Positions 50,939-59,901 of a DNA stretch of 64,000 bases are shown here, piece by piece. The number at the start of each line of letters is the position of its first letter. Within the stretch, counting starts at the first letter, position 1. This DNA comes from an uncultured delta proteobacterium. GTDB taxonomy: Bacteria > Desulfobacterota > Binatia > Binatales > Binataceae. The stretch is taken from contig CAVXXK010000006.1 of NCBI GenBank assembly GCA_963765675.1, forward strand, positions 256,001 to 320,000, written 5' to 3'. Under the pieces are notes generated by a model that ran no database searches, was not told the DNA's origin, and saw only the letters and a list, made by a program, of their open reading frames with translations. The position numbers and the translations under genes are program-made.

Positions 50939-51382
50939 TCATGGTTGGTCTTCGTCGGAGTCGGAATCGCCGTTCTGCGGCTCGACGGGAATCGGGTTGT
51001 GCAGGAACTCCGTCAGCTCGAAGCTCTTTGAATGATTAGGCCCGTAAAAAACGATCACCTGAACCTTGCACACGTCGGGAAAGAATCCCGACATAGTGAC
51101 GATCTGCTCCCAGCTAAAATTCGGATATTCCTTTGGAAACAGGGTCTCGAAGTTGCCCTTGGTCATTCCCGGATCCGGAAATCGCTCCATTTCCGCGACC
51201 GACATGACCGCCTGCGCGAGTTGCGCGGCGCGCGATATGTCCTGCCCGTGGATCACGCTCTGCAGGCTCTGATGATGCAGCGCGAGCAGCGCCAGCAGCG
51301 CGATTCCCAGTACCGCCATCGCGAGCATCACCTCGAGCAGGGTGAAGCCCGCCCGCATCCGACGCTTCAGCTCGGGGGTCAT
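50939..51382 (-). CDS. gspI: Minor pseudopilin GspI
   Basis: AG|FTLLEVMLAMAVL. Position between gspH and gspJ. Confidence 0.85.
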   Translation of the reverse strand: MTPELKRRMRAGFTLLEVMLAMAVLGIALLALLALHHQSLQSVIHGQDISRAAQLAQAVMSVAEMERFPDPGMTKGNFETLFPKEYPNFSWEQIVTMSGFFPDVCKVQVIVFYGPNHSKSFELTEFLHNPIPVEPQNGDSDSDEDQP

Positions 51383-51966
51383 TGCTGCATCACTTGGGCA
51401 AAGGTCTGGTCGCCGGAGACGATCGCCACCTGTCCGGTGAGCGGGTTGAACGCCAGCGTCATCACGTGACCCGACAGATCCATCAGATGGACGAGCGTCG
51501 CGTCGACATAGCCCTCGGGATAGAACTGGCAAGCGACGGAGCCCTTGTCGAAGGTGCCCTGATCGGCGACGGTGACGTCGCGAATCTCGACCGACGGCGG
51601 CATCGCAACTATATTGCCGGCCATCGAATGGTCGGGAACGAATTGAGGATTGGCGGAATAGGGGTCGAGCCGCGCGACGGCGTAGCGCTGATGATCCATG
51701 TCGAAGATCAGCCGCAGCACCACCTTCTGTGTCGCCGCCTCGTCGTACAGATAAGAAACGCGCCCAGCGAGCCGGCGTGATTGGCTCTTTAGAGCAGCCT
51801 GCCGGTAGCCGCCCATGTACGGAATCGCGAGCGTGAACATCAGCGCCATTATGAAAATGACGATCGCGAGTTCGAGCAGAGTAAATCCGCGCTCGGCCGA
51901 AAGCCTTCCCGCGATCGCTCGGCGCGAAGTTCCGGCCCCGATGCACGAGTGAAGCGTGCGCCTCAT
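51379..51966 (-). CDS. gspH: Minor pseudopilin GspH
   Basis: RG|FTLLELAIVI, FYPEG, PLTG. Confidence 0.85.
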   Translation of the reverse strand: MRRTLHSCIGAGTSRRAIAGRLSAERGFTLLELAIVIFIMALMFTLAIPYMGGYRQAALKSQSRRLAGRVSYLYDEAATQKVVLRLIFDMDHQRYAVARLDPYSANPQFVPDHSMAGNIVAMPPSVEIRDVTVADQGTFDKGSVACQFYPEGYVDATLVHLMDLSGHVMTLAFNPLTGQVAIVSGDQTFAQVMQQ

Positions 51967-51973
51967 AGATTAC

Positions 51974-52390
51974 TCAGGACGAACTACCATCAATATCGTC
52001 GGCGCTTTGGACTCCGTCGGGTCCAAAGGATTTGAGCGAGTAGGTGTTGCCGTCGCTTTGGTAGAAGTACTGATTGCCCCACGGATCGTTCGGTAGTTTC
52101 TCGATATATCCGCCCTGTTCGTAGTTGTTCACCGGACGGCCGGTGGTCGGCGGAGTAACCAGCGCGTTGAGCCCCTGGTCGGTGGTCGGATAGGAACCGT
52201 TGTCCAGATAGTAACGATCCAGTGCCTGCTTTAGCTCCTGGATATCGGCCTGAGCCTTGGTGGTCTTCGCTCGATCGGCGACGCCGCGCAGCCGCGGCAC
52301 GACCATCAGCGCCAGCAGGCCGATAATCATGATGACCACCATTATTTCGATCAGGGTGAAGCCATCTTGATTGCGCAGTCGTGTTCGCAT
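51974..52390 (-). CDS. gspG: Major pseudopilin GspG
   Basis: G|FTLIEIMVV, ALDRYYLDNGSYPTTDQGLNAL, LPNDPWG, SFGPDG..DDI. Confidence 0.96.
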   Translation of the reverse strand: MRTRLRNQDGFTLIEIMVVIMIIGLLALMVVPRLRGVADRAKTTKAQADIQELKQALDRYYLDNGSYPTTDQGLNALVTPPTTGRPVNNYEQGGYIEKLPNDPWGNQYFYQSDGNTYSLKSFGPDGVQSADDIDGSSS

Positions 52391-52413
52391 CGTTAAACCT
52401 CGTGGCCCGCCGG

Positions 52414-53634
52414 TTACTGCATAATCTGGTTGAGCTGGAAGATCGGCATCAGCACCGCGAGCATCATGAAGACGATAACAGCCGCCATCGCAAGCGTCAT
52501 CACCGGCTCCAGAATCGTGGTCATCTGGCTGAGTGAGTGTGAGACTTCGCGTTCGTAATTGTCTGCGACCCGCTCGAGCATGCCTTCGAGCTCGCCCGAG
52601 CGCTCGCCAACGCGAATCATTTCGATCAGCAGGGGCGGGAAGAGGCCGCTCTGCGCGAGAGTGTGGCCCATGCCATGGCCCTCGCGAATTTCCTCGCGGC
52701 TCTTCTCGATCGCGTCGCGCAGCAGGCCATTGGTGACGACGCCCTTGACCGCGTCCATCGCGGGCAGCAGCTGCACGCCTGAGGCGAGCAGGGTCGAGAG
52801 CGTGCGCGCAAAGCGCGCGCAGATGATCCGGATCATCGTCGGACCCAGGTACGGCGCGCGCAGCACCGCCGTGTCGTATATACGGCGCCCGCGCGGCGTG
52901 GTCAGGCCGAAGGTCACGCCGGCGACTACTACGACCAGCAGCACCAGCAATTCGAGCCAGTAGCCGGTGATCGTGTCGGACAGACCGATTAGTACTTGTG
53001 TCGCAAACGGAAGCGCGGCGTGCTGTTGCTGGAAGATCGTCGCAACCTGTGGAACTACATAAGTCACCAGGAAGCCCATGATCGCCGTGCCGACGCAAAT
53101 CATGATCACAGGATAGGTCAGTGCACCGCGCACCTTCGCGACAAACTCGGATTGCCGTTCGCTGTACTCGGCCAGCCGGTCCAGGACCGATTCGAGCGCT
53201 GCCGCCTGCTCGCCCGCGCGAACCATCCCGACATAGAGTTCGGAGAAGACCTTCGGATGCATCGCCATCGCGTCGGCGAGCGAACTGCCCTCGCGCACGC
53301 GCTCGCGCACCTGCGAGAGCATCCGCTTGATACTCGATCGCGAAGACTGGCTCGAGAGAGCGCCCAGAGCGTCGACGAGCTGCACGCCCGCGCCGAGCAG
53401 CGCGCCGAGCTGGCGCGTGAGCAGGCCAAGCTCCGAGGCTTTCATCCCGCGCCGCGCAAACGGCGACAGGCTGCGCTCGGGTTTTATCTCGGCGCCAGCC
53501 TCGGCGGAGAGTTCGGTTGGAAAGATTCCCCGCTCACGCAGCACCGCGCGTGCGTCGCGCGGACTATCCGCGTCGATAACTCCGGATACGTTACGGCCTT
53601 CGGCTGAAAGGCCACGGTAAGCAAAGACCGCCAT
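52414..53634 (-). CDS. gspF: T2SS inner-membrane platform protein
   Basis: TRQLGALL, EGSSLADA, GMVRAGE, ALTYP, VGERSGEL, ILEP. Confidence 0.95.
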   Translation of the reverse strand: MAVFAYRGLSAEGRNVSGVIDADSPRDARAVLRERGIFPTELSAEAGAEIKPERSLSPFARRGMKASELGLLTRQLGALLGAGVQLVDALGALSSQSSRSSIKRMLSQVRERVREGSSLADAMAMHPKVFSELYVGMVRAGEQAAALESVLDRLAEYSERQSEFVAKVRGALTYPVIMICVGTAIMGFLVTYVVPQVATIFQQQHAALPFATQVLIGLSDTITGYWLELLVLLVVVVAGVTFGLTTPRGRRIYDTAVLRAPYLGPTMIRIICARFARTLSTLLASGVQLLPAMDAVKGVVTNGLLRDAIEKSREEIREGHGMGHTLAQSGLFPPLLIEMIRVGERSGELEGMLERVADNYEREVSHSLSQMTTILEPVMTLAMAAVIVFMMLAVLMPIFQLNQIMQ

Positions 53635-53655
53635 CGCTTTTGGCAGACATCGCGC

Positions 53656-55371
53656 TCAGGCGATGTCTTCCTGGGTCCGTAGCAGCAGCTCCTCGATCGA
53701 CGTTTCTCCAGCGAGTATCCGGTCGGCGCCGTCCTCGCGCAGGAGCTTCATCCCTTTGCTGGTGCAGTGCCGACGCAGAGTTGCGCCGTCGCTATTCTGC
53801 ATCACGAGCGCGCGAATCTCGTCGTCCATCAGCATCAATTCCTGGATCGCAAGGCGGCCCTTGTAACCGGTGTTGCGGCACAGACGGCATCCCTTTGCGC
53901 GATAGACCGCGTGCGGGATGTCAGCGGGCGTAAGCCCGAGGCGGGCCAGTTCCGCGGCGGTCGGAGTGTAGGCCTCGCGGCATTCGACGCAGAGCTTGCG
54001 CACCAGGCGCTGCGCCAGCACGGCGAGGATCGAAGAGGACACCAGGAATGGCTCGATTCCAAAATCGAGTAGTCGCGTGACCGCGCCGAATGAATCGTTG
54101 GTGTGCAGAGTAGAGAACACCAGGTGCCCCGTCAGCGCGGACTGGATCGCGATCTCGGCGGTCTCGCCGTCGCGGATTTCGCCGACCATGATCACGTCCG
54201 GATCCTGGCGCAGGATCGATCGAAGTCCGCTGGCGAAGGTCAGATCGATCTTCGGATTTACCTGCATCTGGCCGACGCCGCGAAGCTGGTACTCGATTGG
54301 ATCTTCGATCGTGATGATGTTTTTCTCGGGCGAGTTGATCCGGCTGAGGCACGCATACAGCGTGGTCGATTTTCCCGAGCCGGTTGGACCGGTCGCGAGG
54401 ATAATTCCGTGGCTCTGCCGAATCAGCCGATCGATCTTGCGCAGATTTTCGCCGGAAAATCCCAGGCGGTCGAGATTGATATCCACCGCCGCCTGTGCAC
54501 GATCGAGCAAGCGCAGCACCAGGCGTTCGCCAAACGCGGTCGGAATACTCGAGACGCGGATATCGATATCGCGCCCGGCGATCCGGAGCCGGATACGTCC
54601 GTCCTGCGGCAACCGCTTCTCAGCGATATTGAGACCCGACATGACCTTCACGCGCGAGGTGATCGCGGGCTGAAAACGCTTGGGTGGCTCGAGCACGTCG
54701 TACAGCATCCCGTCCACCCGGAAGCGCACAACCATCTCGCGCTCGAAAACTTCTATATGAATATCGCTGGCGCGATCCTTCACGGCCTGCGACAGGATCC
54801 CGTTGACCAGCTTGATAATCGGCGCCGAGTCGTCGGTCTCGAGCAGGTCGCGCGGCTCCTGCGCGAGTTCGTTGGCGACCACATCGAGCCGCTCTTCTTC
54901 GAGATCGATCATCAATTCTTCGGCGGTCGTGTTGCTCGCGTTGTCGTAGGCGCGATTGATCGCCTCGTTGATCACCTCGGCAGGCGCCACGACCGGATTT
55001 ATCGGCAAACCGAACAACAGGCGAAGATCGTCGAGCGGTTCGTAATTTGAAGGATCGACAATTGCGACCGTGACACCCGACCCGTCGCTCGCGATAGCGA
55101 GTAGCCGGTTTTTCTTCGCATAATTTATTGGGACTTTGCTGACCAGCGCGCTATCGAGCGAGTGTTCATCGATATGTGCCTGGAAGGGCAGGCGATATTC
55201 CTGAGCGAGCGCGCGGGCCAGACGCTGCGGCTCGAGCGCGCCCATCTCGACCAGCACGTCGGCCAGCTCCTGGCCGGGCTTGCGCCGCTGGCGAGCCTTA
55301 TCGAGGTCCTGCGGCGAGACCCACGAGCGGTCTAGCAGGATCGACTCGAAACTCTTACGCGCAGTGGCCAT
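53656..55371 (-). CDS. gspE: T2SS ATPase
   Basis: ASDIH, RLPQDG, GPTGSGKST, TIEDP, LRQDPDVIMVGEIRD, STLHTN, CxxC..CxxC. Confidence 0.96.
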   Translation of the reverse strand: MATARKSFESILLDRSWVSPQDLDKARQRRKPGQELADVLVEMGALEPQRLARALAQEYRLPFQAHIDEHSLDSALVSKVPINYAKKNRLLAIASDGSGVTVAIVDPSNYEPLDDLRLLFGLPINPVVAPAEVINEAINRAYDNASNTTAEELMIDLEEERLDVVANELAQEPRDLLETDDSAPIIKLVNGILSQAVKDRASDIHIEVFEREMVVRFRVDGMLYDVLEPPKRFQPAITSRVKVMSGLNIAEKRLPQDGRIRLRIAGRDIDIRVSSIPTAFGERLVLRLLDRAQAAVDINLDRLGFSGENLRKIDRLIRQSHGIILATGPTGSGKSTTLYACLSRINSPEKNIITIEDPIEYQLRGVGQMQVNPKIDLTFASGLRSILRQDPDVIMVGEIRDGETAEIAIQSALTGHLVFSTLHTNDSFGAVTRLLDFGIEPFLVSSSILAVLAQRLVRKLCVECREAYTPTAAELARLGLTPADIPHAVYRAKGCRLCRNTGYKGRLAIQELMLMDDEIRALVMQNSDGATLRRHCTSKGMKLLREDGADRILAGETSIEELLLRTQEDIA

Positions 55372-55419
55372 TATTGAATCGCGGGCGCTCCAGCGAAGTC
55401 AGAGCGAATTGAATGATTG

Positions 55420-55435
55420 TTCAAAGCTGATGCCA
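55420..55435 (-). promoter_or_regulatory. Candidate sigma54 promoter of the gsp operon
   Basis: Minus strand TGGCAT-CAGCT-TTGAA (-24 GG, -12 GA variant). Upstream IR TGGACA-N15-TGTCCA at 55465-55491. Confidence 0.45.
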
Positions 55436-55538
55436 CAGTATCTCGCAACGCCTGAAACGCCTCTTGGACACAATTAGACATGATATGTCCATAGCGTTGC
55501 AAGCATGGTCCCCAAGCTGTCATACCCCGATGCCGACC

Positions 55539-55976
55539 CTAGTAGTGGTTACCGGCCGGCGGCGCTACCTGTGGCGCGGTCATCCCGGCTGAGAATCCTC
55601 CGCTCTGCTTGGGCGGCATCGTGTGCTCCGCCTCGGCCCATGAGACGAGTTTGCCCCCCTGAAACTTCAAATCAACGAAAGTCCCTTTGTCGCCTTCTTT
55701 CACCTGGGTGTACAGGAGCGAGGCAGTCAGGTCGTTGGAATTGGGCTTGTAAGCGTAACTCCAGACCTCGACATCCGATGACACGAACTGATGGATATCC
55801 GGCTCGCCGTACTTTTGATGGATCTCGATCATCGACTCGCCGACCTTGAGGTGCTCGGTCATGCGCGAAGCTTTGACCCGGGTGCCGGCCTGGTAGAACA
55901 GGCCGCATCCGAATAGCGGTGCGACGGCGAGTGCGGCGATCATCACGAGCGGAGCAAATCGAACCATTTTCTCCAT
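55539..55976 (-). CDS. Lipoprotein, SmpA/BamE-like
   Basis: Lipobox PLFG-C. LKVGES..EI..KYGEPD..EVWSY..F.GGKLVSW pattern. Confidence 0.65.
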   Translation of the reverse strand: MEKMVRFAPLVMIAALAVAPLFGCGLFYQAGTRVKASRMTEHLKVGESMIEIHQKYGEPDIHQFVSSDVEVWSYAYKPNSNDLTASLLYTQVKEGDKGTFVDLKFQGGKLVSWAEAEHTMPPKQSGGFSAGMTAPQVAPPAGNHY

Positions 55977-56072
55977 CGGCGAATTGTGTTTGGCCCGGCG
56001 CGGTCTTGTCAACGAATCGCGCGAACCATGCTATAGAAGCTTGGTGGAGTTAGCCACGCAGGGGAGGCCCGG

Positions 56073-56318
56073 ATGGCCCAGAAGCTTCGGCTGGTCAAAG
56101 GCGCTTCGCGTCGCGGCGCGCTGGTGTATGGGATGCGAATTTTTGACGAGGCGCACGTCGCCGCGGTCGAGGACGCCAAGGTAACGCTCGAAGACGGCAC
56201 CACGGGGCGGGTCACGATGCACTACATCGAGGGGACTCGCGAGCAGATTCGCCGCCAACTGATGCAGAGTATCGACGCGTTCTTCGAACTGCTCGATGAA
56301 ACGACGGACCGGGAATAA
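56073..56318 (+). CDS. Small hypothetical protein (81 aa)
   Basis: Strong GGGGAGG RBS, genome-like codon usage, fills the intergenic gap. Confidence 0.7.
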   Translation: MAQKLRLVKGASRRGALVYGMRIFDEAHVAAVEDAKVTLEDGTTGRVTMHYIEGTREQIRRQLMQSIDAFFELLDETTDRE

Positions 56319-56356
56319 GCAACCGAAGGAATCAGCAAAGGAAGGTTTCAGAGGAT

Positions 56357-57142
56357 ATGAAACTAGAATTCGTGAAATACGAAAAGCGCGATCATATCGC
56401 GCACATCACCTTCAACCGGCCCGAGCGGATGAACGCGCTGCATCCCGCCTGCCACATCGAGATGGACCAGGTGTGGGACGATTTTATCGCCGACAAGGCG
56501 ACGTGGGTCGCGATCGTTACCGGCGCCGGCGACAAGGCGTTCTCGGCCGGCAACGATTTGCGCTGGACCGCGGAGCATCGCGGCGAGATCGAGTCGGCGC
56601 TGCGCGGCAAGGGAGGATTCGCGGGAATCACCGCGCGCTACGATATCTACAAACCGATCATCGCCGCGGTGAATGGCTTCGCACTCGGCGGCGGATTCGA
56701 GATCGCGCTCGGATGCGACATCATCATCGCGGCTGAGCACGCCCGCTTCGGGCTTCCTGAGCCGCGAGTCGGGCTGATGGCTGCCGCGGGAGGAGTGCAT
56801 CGGCTGCCGCGCCATATTCCGCTCAAGATCGCGATGGGCATGATGCTGACCGGGCGGCATATCACCGCGCAGGAAGCGCACAAGTGGGGAATCGTCAACG
56901 AGGTTGTGCCGCTGAAGGATCTGATCCCGACCGCCGAGAAATGGGCAGCGGAGATCATGGAATGCTCCCCGCTCTCCGTTCAGGCGACTAAAGCCGCCGC
57001 GATGGACGGGCTCGGGCGTCCGGTCAAAGACGCGATCGCGCAGCACTACGATTTGCAGGCAAAGCTATTCAAGTCGAAGGACGCGATCGAAGGACCGCTC
57101 GCCTTCTCGCAAAAACGCAAACCCAACTGGACCGGCGAATAG
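56357..57142 (+). CDS. Enoyl-CoA hydratase family (CaiD-like)
   Basis: NRPERMNAL, AFSAGNDL, GFALGGGFE, FGLPEPRVG, QKRKPNW. Confidence 0.92.
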   Translation: MKLEFVKYEKRDHIAHITFNRPERMNALHPACHIEMDQVWDDFIADKATWVAIVTGAGDKAFSAGNDLRWTAEHRGEIESALRGKGGFAGITARYDIYKPIIAAVNGFALGGGFEIALGCDIIIAAEHARFGLPEPRVGLMAAAGGVHRLPRHIPLKIAMGMMLTGRHITAQEAHKWGIVNEVVPLKDLIPTAEKWAAEIMECSPLSVQATKAAAMDGLGRPVKDAIAQHYDLQAKLFKSKDAIEGPLAFSQKRKPNWTGE

Positions 57143-57178
57143 CGCGCAGCACGCACGTTCCATTTGTTATATGTCAGT

Positions 57179-57211
57179 GGAGGCGGACGGCCCCGTCCGC
57201 CTTCTCCTTTT
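57179..57211 (+). terminator. Intrinsic terminator-like hairpin
   Basis: GGAGGCGGACGG-CC-CCGTCCGCCTTC followed by TCCTTTT. Confidence 0.55.
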
Positions 57212-57361
57212 CCGTCTTCCTGCCACGAAAGTGAGAAGGCAGGGGGAGCGCGCAGATTATCGCGGATGCCGACAGGACTCTCGCTTTGGCAATTGATTTT
57301 CGTCGCACGTGGCGGGCGACAATCTGGAAGCGTTTAGACATATCAATAAAGCAGCAAAGTT

Positions 57362-57544
57362 ATAGTGGCGCGGGCGTCTCGCCCGTGGGAGACCGGTGCG
57401 CCGCAGGCGCGTCGCACCAATGAATTACTCGGCATCGCGTGCGTGAAGTACAGCGGTTCCCGCGCGTGCACCCCTGCGGCGGATTCATTGGAGGGCGGGC
57501 CGTCGGCCCGCCGTCGCCCACGGGCGAGACGCCCGCGCCACTAT
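57362..57544. repeat. REPIN/MITE-like element with 28-bp perfect terminal inverted repeats
   Basis: ATAGTGGCGCGGGCGTCTCGCCCGTGGG at 57362-57389 and its exact reverse complement at 57517-57544. Inner CCAATGAAT/ATTCATTGG pair. Confidence 0.8.
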
Positions 57545-57558
57545 GGCCTGTGCCGTTG

Positions 57559-59196
57559 CTAGGCGGGTGAGCGGCGACGCGCCATGTCGGCGCGATACGC
57601 CGCGAGCTCGTCGGCCTCGTGCGCGGTGTCCCATCGTAGTTCCGTGCCCATCAGGTGCGCCACCGCGGGCGCGGCCGCGTCAGCTTCGAGCGGATAGCGC
57701 CAGACCATCGCGGTGCGGCGGACCAAGAAATCGGCCAGGTGCGAGACCATCTCATTGCGCACCGCGTGGATAACCTCCGCGCCGATAACGGGGCATCCTA
57801 CCGCGAGCGGCAACGCTAACTCGGCGTTGCTCGCGGCGATTTGCGCAGGAATCGCCGCGCGAGTCCCGTAGCGCGCGACCAGAATCTCTCGCGCGACTCG
57901 CGGCAACGTTGCGAGCGCCTCGACCCCGGCGCGATCGTCGGCGTCGGGGCGCGCTCCAGGGAGCGGAGTATCGCGAGTCGGATAGACGCCGCGGGCTCGT
58001 CCGAGGTCCTTCATTACACGAGTGACGAGTTTTTCGGCGATCTCGCGATGCGTCGTCAGCTTGCCGCCTGCGACCGTGAGCAATCCCGATGCGCTCTCGA
58101 GGATCACCTCTTCGCGCGGAACTGATGACGGTGCTTTCGAGTCGCCACCGTTTTCGACCAGCGCGCGCAATCCCGCGAAGCTCGACGCTACATCCTCCGC
58201 GCTGAGCTTTATTCCCGGCAGGCTTTCGGCGAGGACTCCAAGAAGGTAGGCGACGTCGCCTTTGTCGGTGGTGACGGATGCCGGGTCGGCGTTGTAATCG
58301 GTGTCGGTGGTGCCGACGAGAACGTAATGCTCATGCGGCATCACGAATACAATTCGTCCGCTCTCGTCCGCCAGTACGAGCGAGTCGTGCACCGGCAGCG
58401 TCGTGCGCGGAAAGATAAGATGCACGCCCTTGGTCAGGCGCACGCAGTTACGCACGGCGGGATCGTCGAGGCGTCGGATATGATCGACCCACGGACCGGC
58501 GGCATTGACGAAGATTCGCGCGCGCAACTCGAACGCCGAGCCGGTCGCGAGATCCTTTACCGACATCGCGGCGATCCTGCCGTTGGTATTGCGTGCAAAG
58601 CCTTCGACGCTGGCGTAGTTGGCGACCGCGGCGCCGTGAATCGCGGCGTCGAGGATATTTTCGAACGTGATTCGCGCGTCGTCGGCCCACGCATCGTAGT
58701 AGAGCGAGCCGCCGGTCAGATTCGCACGCGCGAGCGCGGGCTCGATCTCGCGCACGCTGGCGGCGTTGAGATTGCTGTGCCACTGCGCCCGCGGCATCCG
58801 CGCGAACAGGTCGTAGAGCCACAGCCCCATCGACATCGTGAACCGCCCGAACCCGCGTCCGCGATAAATCGGAAATAGAAAACGGATCGGCTTTACCAGG
58901 TGCGGCGCCGTATGGCGGCGCAGCCGCTCGCGCTCGCGCAGCGCCTCGTACACCAGCTTCAACTGGCCCTGCGGAAGATAGCGGAAGCCGCCGTGGATCA
59001 GCTTCGAGGATCGAGAAGAAGTGCCGCCCGCGAAATCGCCGCGATCCACCAGTGCGACGCTGAGCCCGCGCATCGCGGCGTCGCGCGCGATTGCGGCGCC
59101 GTTGATTCCGCCGCCGATAATCGCAAGGTCGAATTCCTCCGCGCCGAGCCGCGAGATCGAGCGCGCGCGGTCGAGAGGATTTTCGTCCGGCGTCAT
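57559..59196 (-). CDS. glpD: FAD-dependent glycerol-3-phosphate dehydrogenase
   Basis: IGGGING, GTSSRSSKLIHGG.RYL, DDAR, NAAGPW, KGVH, GTTD, GGKLTT. Confidence 0.93.
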   Translation of the reverse strand: MTPDENPLDRARSISRLGAEEFDLAIIGGGINGAAIARDAAMRGLSVALVDRGDFAGGTSSRSSKLIHGGFRYLPQGQLKLVYEALRERERLRRHTAPHLVKPIRFLFPIYRGRGFGRFTMSMGLWLYDLFARMPRAQWHSNLNAASVREIEPALARANLTGGSLYYDAWADDARITFENILDAAIHGAAVANYASVEGFARNTNGRIAAMSVKDLATGSAFELRARIFVNAAGPWVDHIRRLDDPAVRNCVRLTKGVHLIFPRTTLPVHDSLVLADESGRIVFVMPHEHYVLVGTTDTDYNADPASVTTDKGDVAYLLGVLAESLPGIKLSAEDVASSFAGLRALVENGGDSKAPSSVPREEVILESASGLLTVAGGKLTTHREIAEKLVTRVMKDLGRARGVYPTRDTPLPGARPDADDRAGVEALATLPRVAREILVARYGTRAAIPAQIAASNAELALPLAVGCPVIGAEVIHAVRNEMVSHLADFLVRRTAMVWRYPLEADAAAPAVAHLMGTELRWDTAHEADELAAYRADMARRRSPA

Positions 59197-59239
59197 CGTC
59201 CTGACGGTTCCGCTGATGGTTCCGGAGACGGTTTCGGCG

Positions 59240-59858
59240 TCAGTCTTCAGGCTCTTCCTGGAATGAGTAGCGTTCCTCGCGCCACGGATCGGCGTGATTA
59301 TGGTAGCCGCGCACTTCCCAGAAGCCGCGCTTGTCGAACTCACAGAACTCGACCGCGCGCACCCATTTGGCGCTCTTCCACGCGTAGAGCTTCGGCACCA
59401 CCAGGCGCAGCGGAAAGCCGTGGTCGGGCGGAAGATCGCGGCCGTCATGGCGATGCGCCAATATCACGTCGTCGTCGAGGAATTCATCGAGCGGCAGATT
59501 GGCAGTGTAGTTCTGCTCGCAATGAATCAGCACGAAATGCGCCCGCGGCTTGAGGCCCACGAGCTTCATCAGGTCGAGGACCTTCACGCCTTCCCAAAGA
59601 TTATCGAGCCGCGACCAGGTCGTGACGCAATGAAAGTCGCTGGTCTGCTTGGTTTGCGGCAGCGCGCGAAATTCCTCGTATGAAAATCGCAACTCCTTTT
59701 CCACCAAACCGAAGACGCGGAAATCCCATTTGGCCGGATTGAAGCGCGGCGTCGCGCCCATACGACAGGACAGGAAACTTGTCGGTCAGAGTCTGGCCCG
59801 GCGGCACCCGGTCGTTCAATTCATTGCGCAAATCATTGCGAGAGAGCGGCTTTCCCAT
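59240..59858 (-). CDS. Sulfite-oxidase-like molybdopterin oxidoreductase; frameshifted near 59758
   Basis: RVPPGQ..KFPVLSYG in ORF 59601..59858 joins DFHCVTTWS..HGFPLRLVVP.LYAWKSAKW..GFWE.RGYH. Confidence 0.85.
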
Positions 59859-59901
59859 ATGGACTGTTAATATCCGAGCGCGTCAGCCGACGAAAGGGTT
59901 G

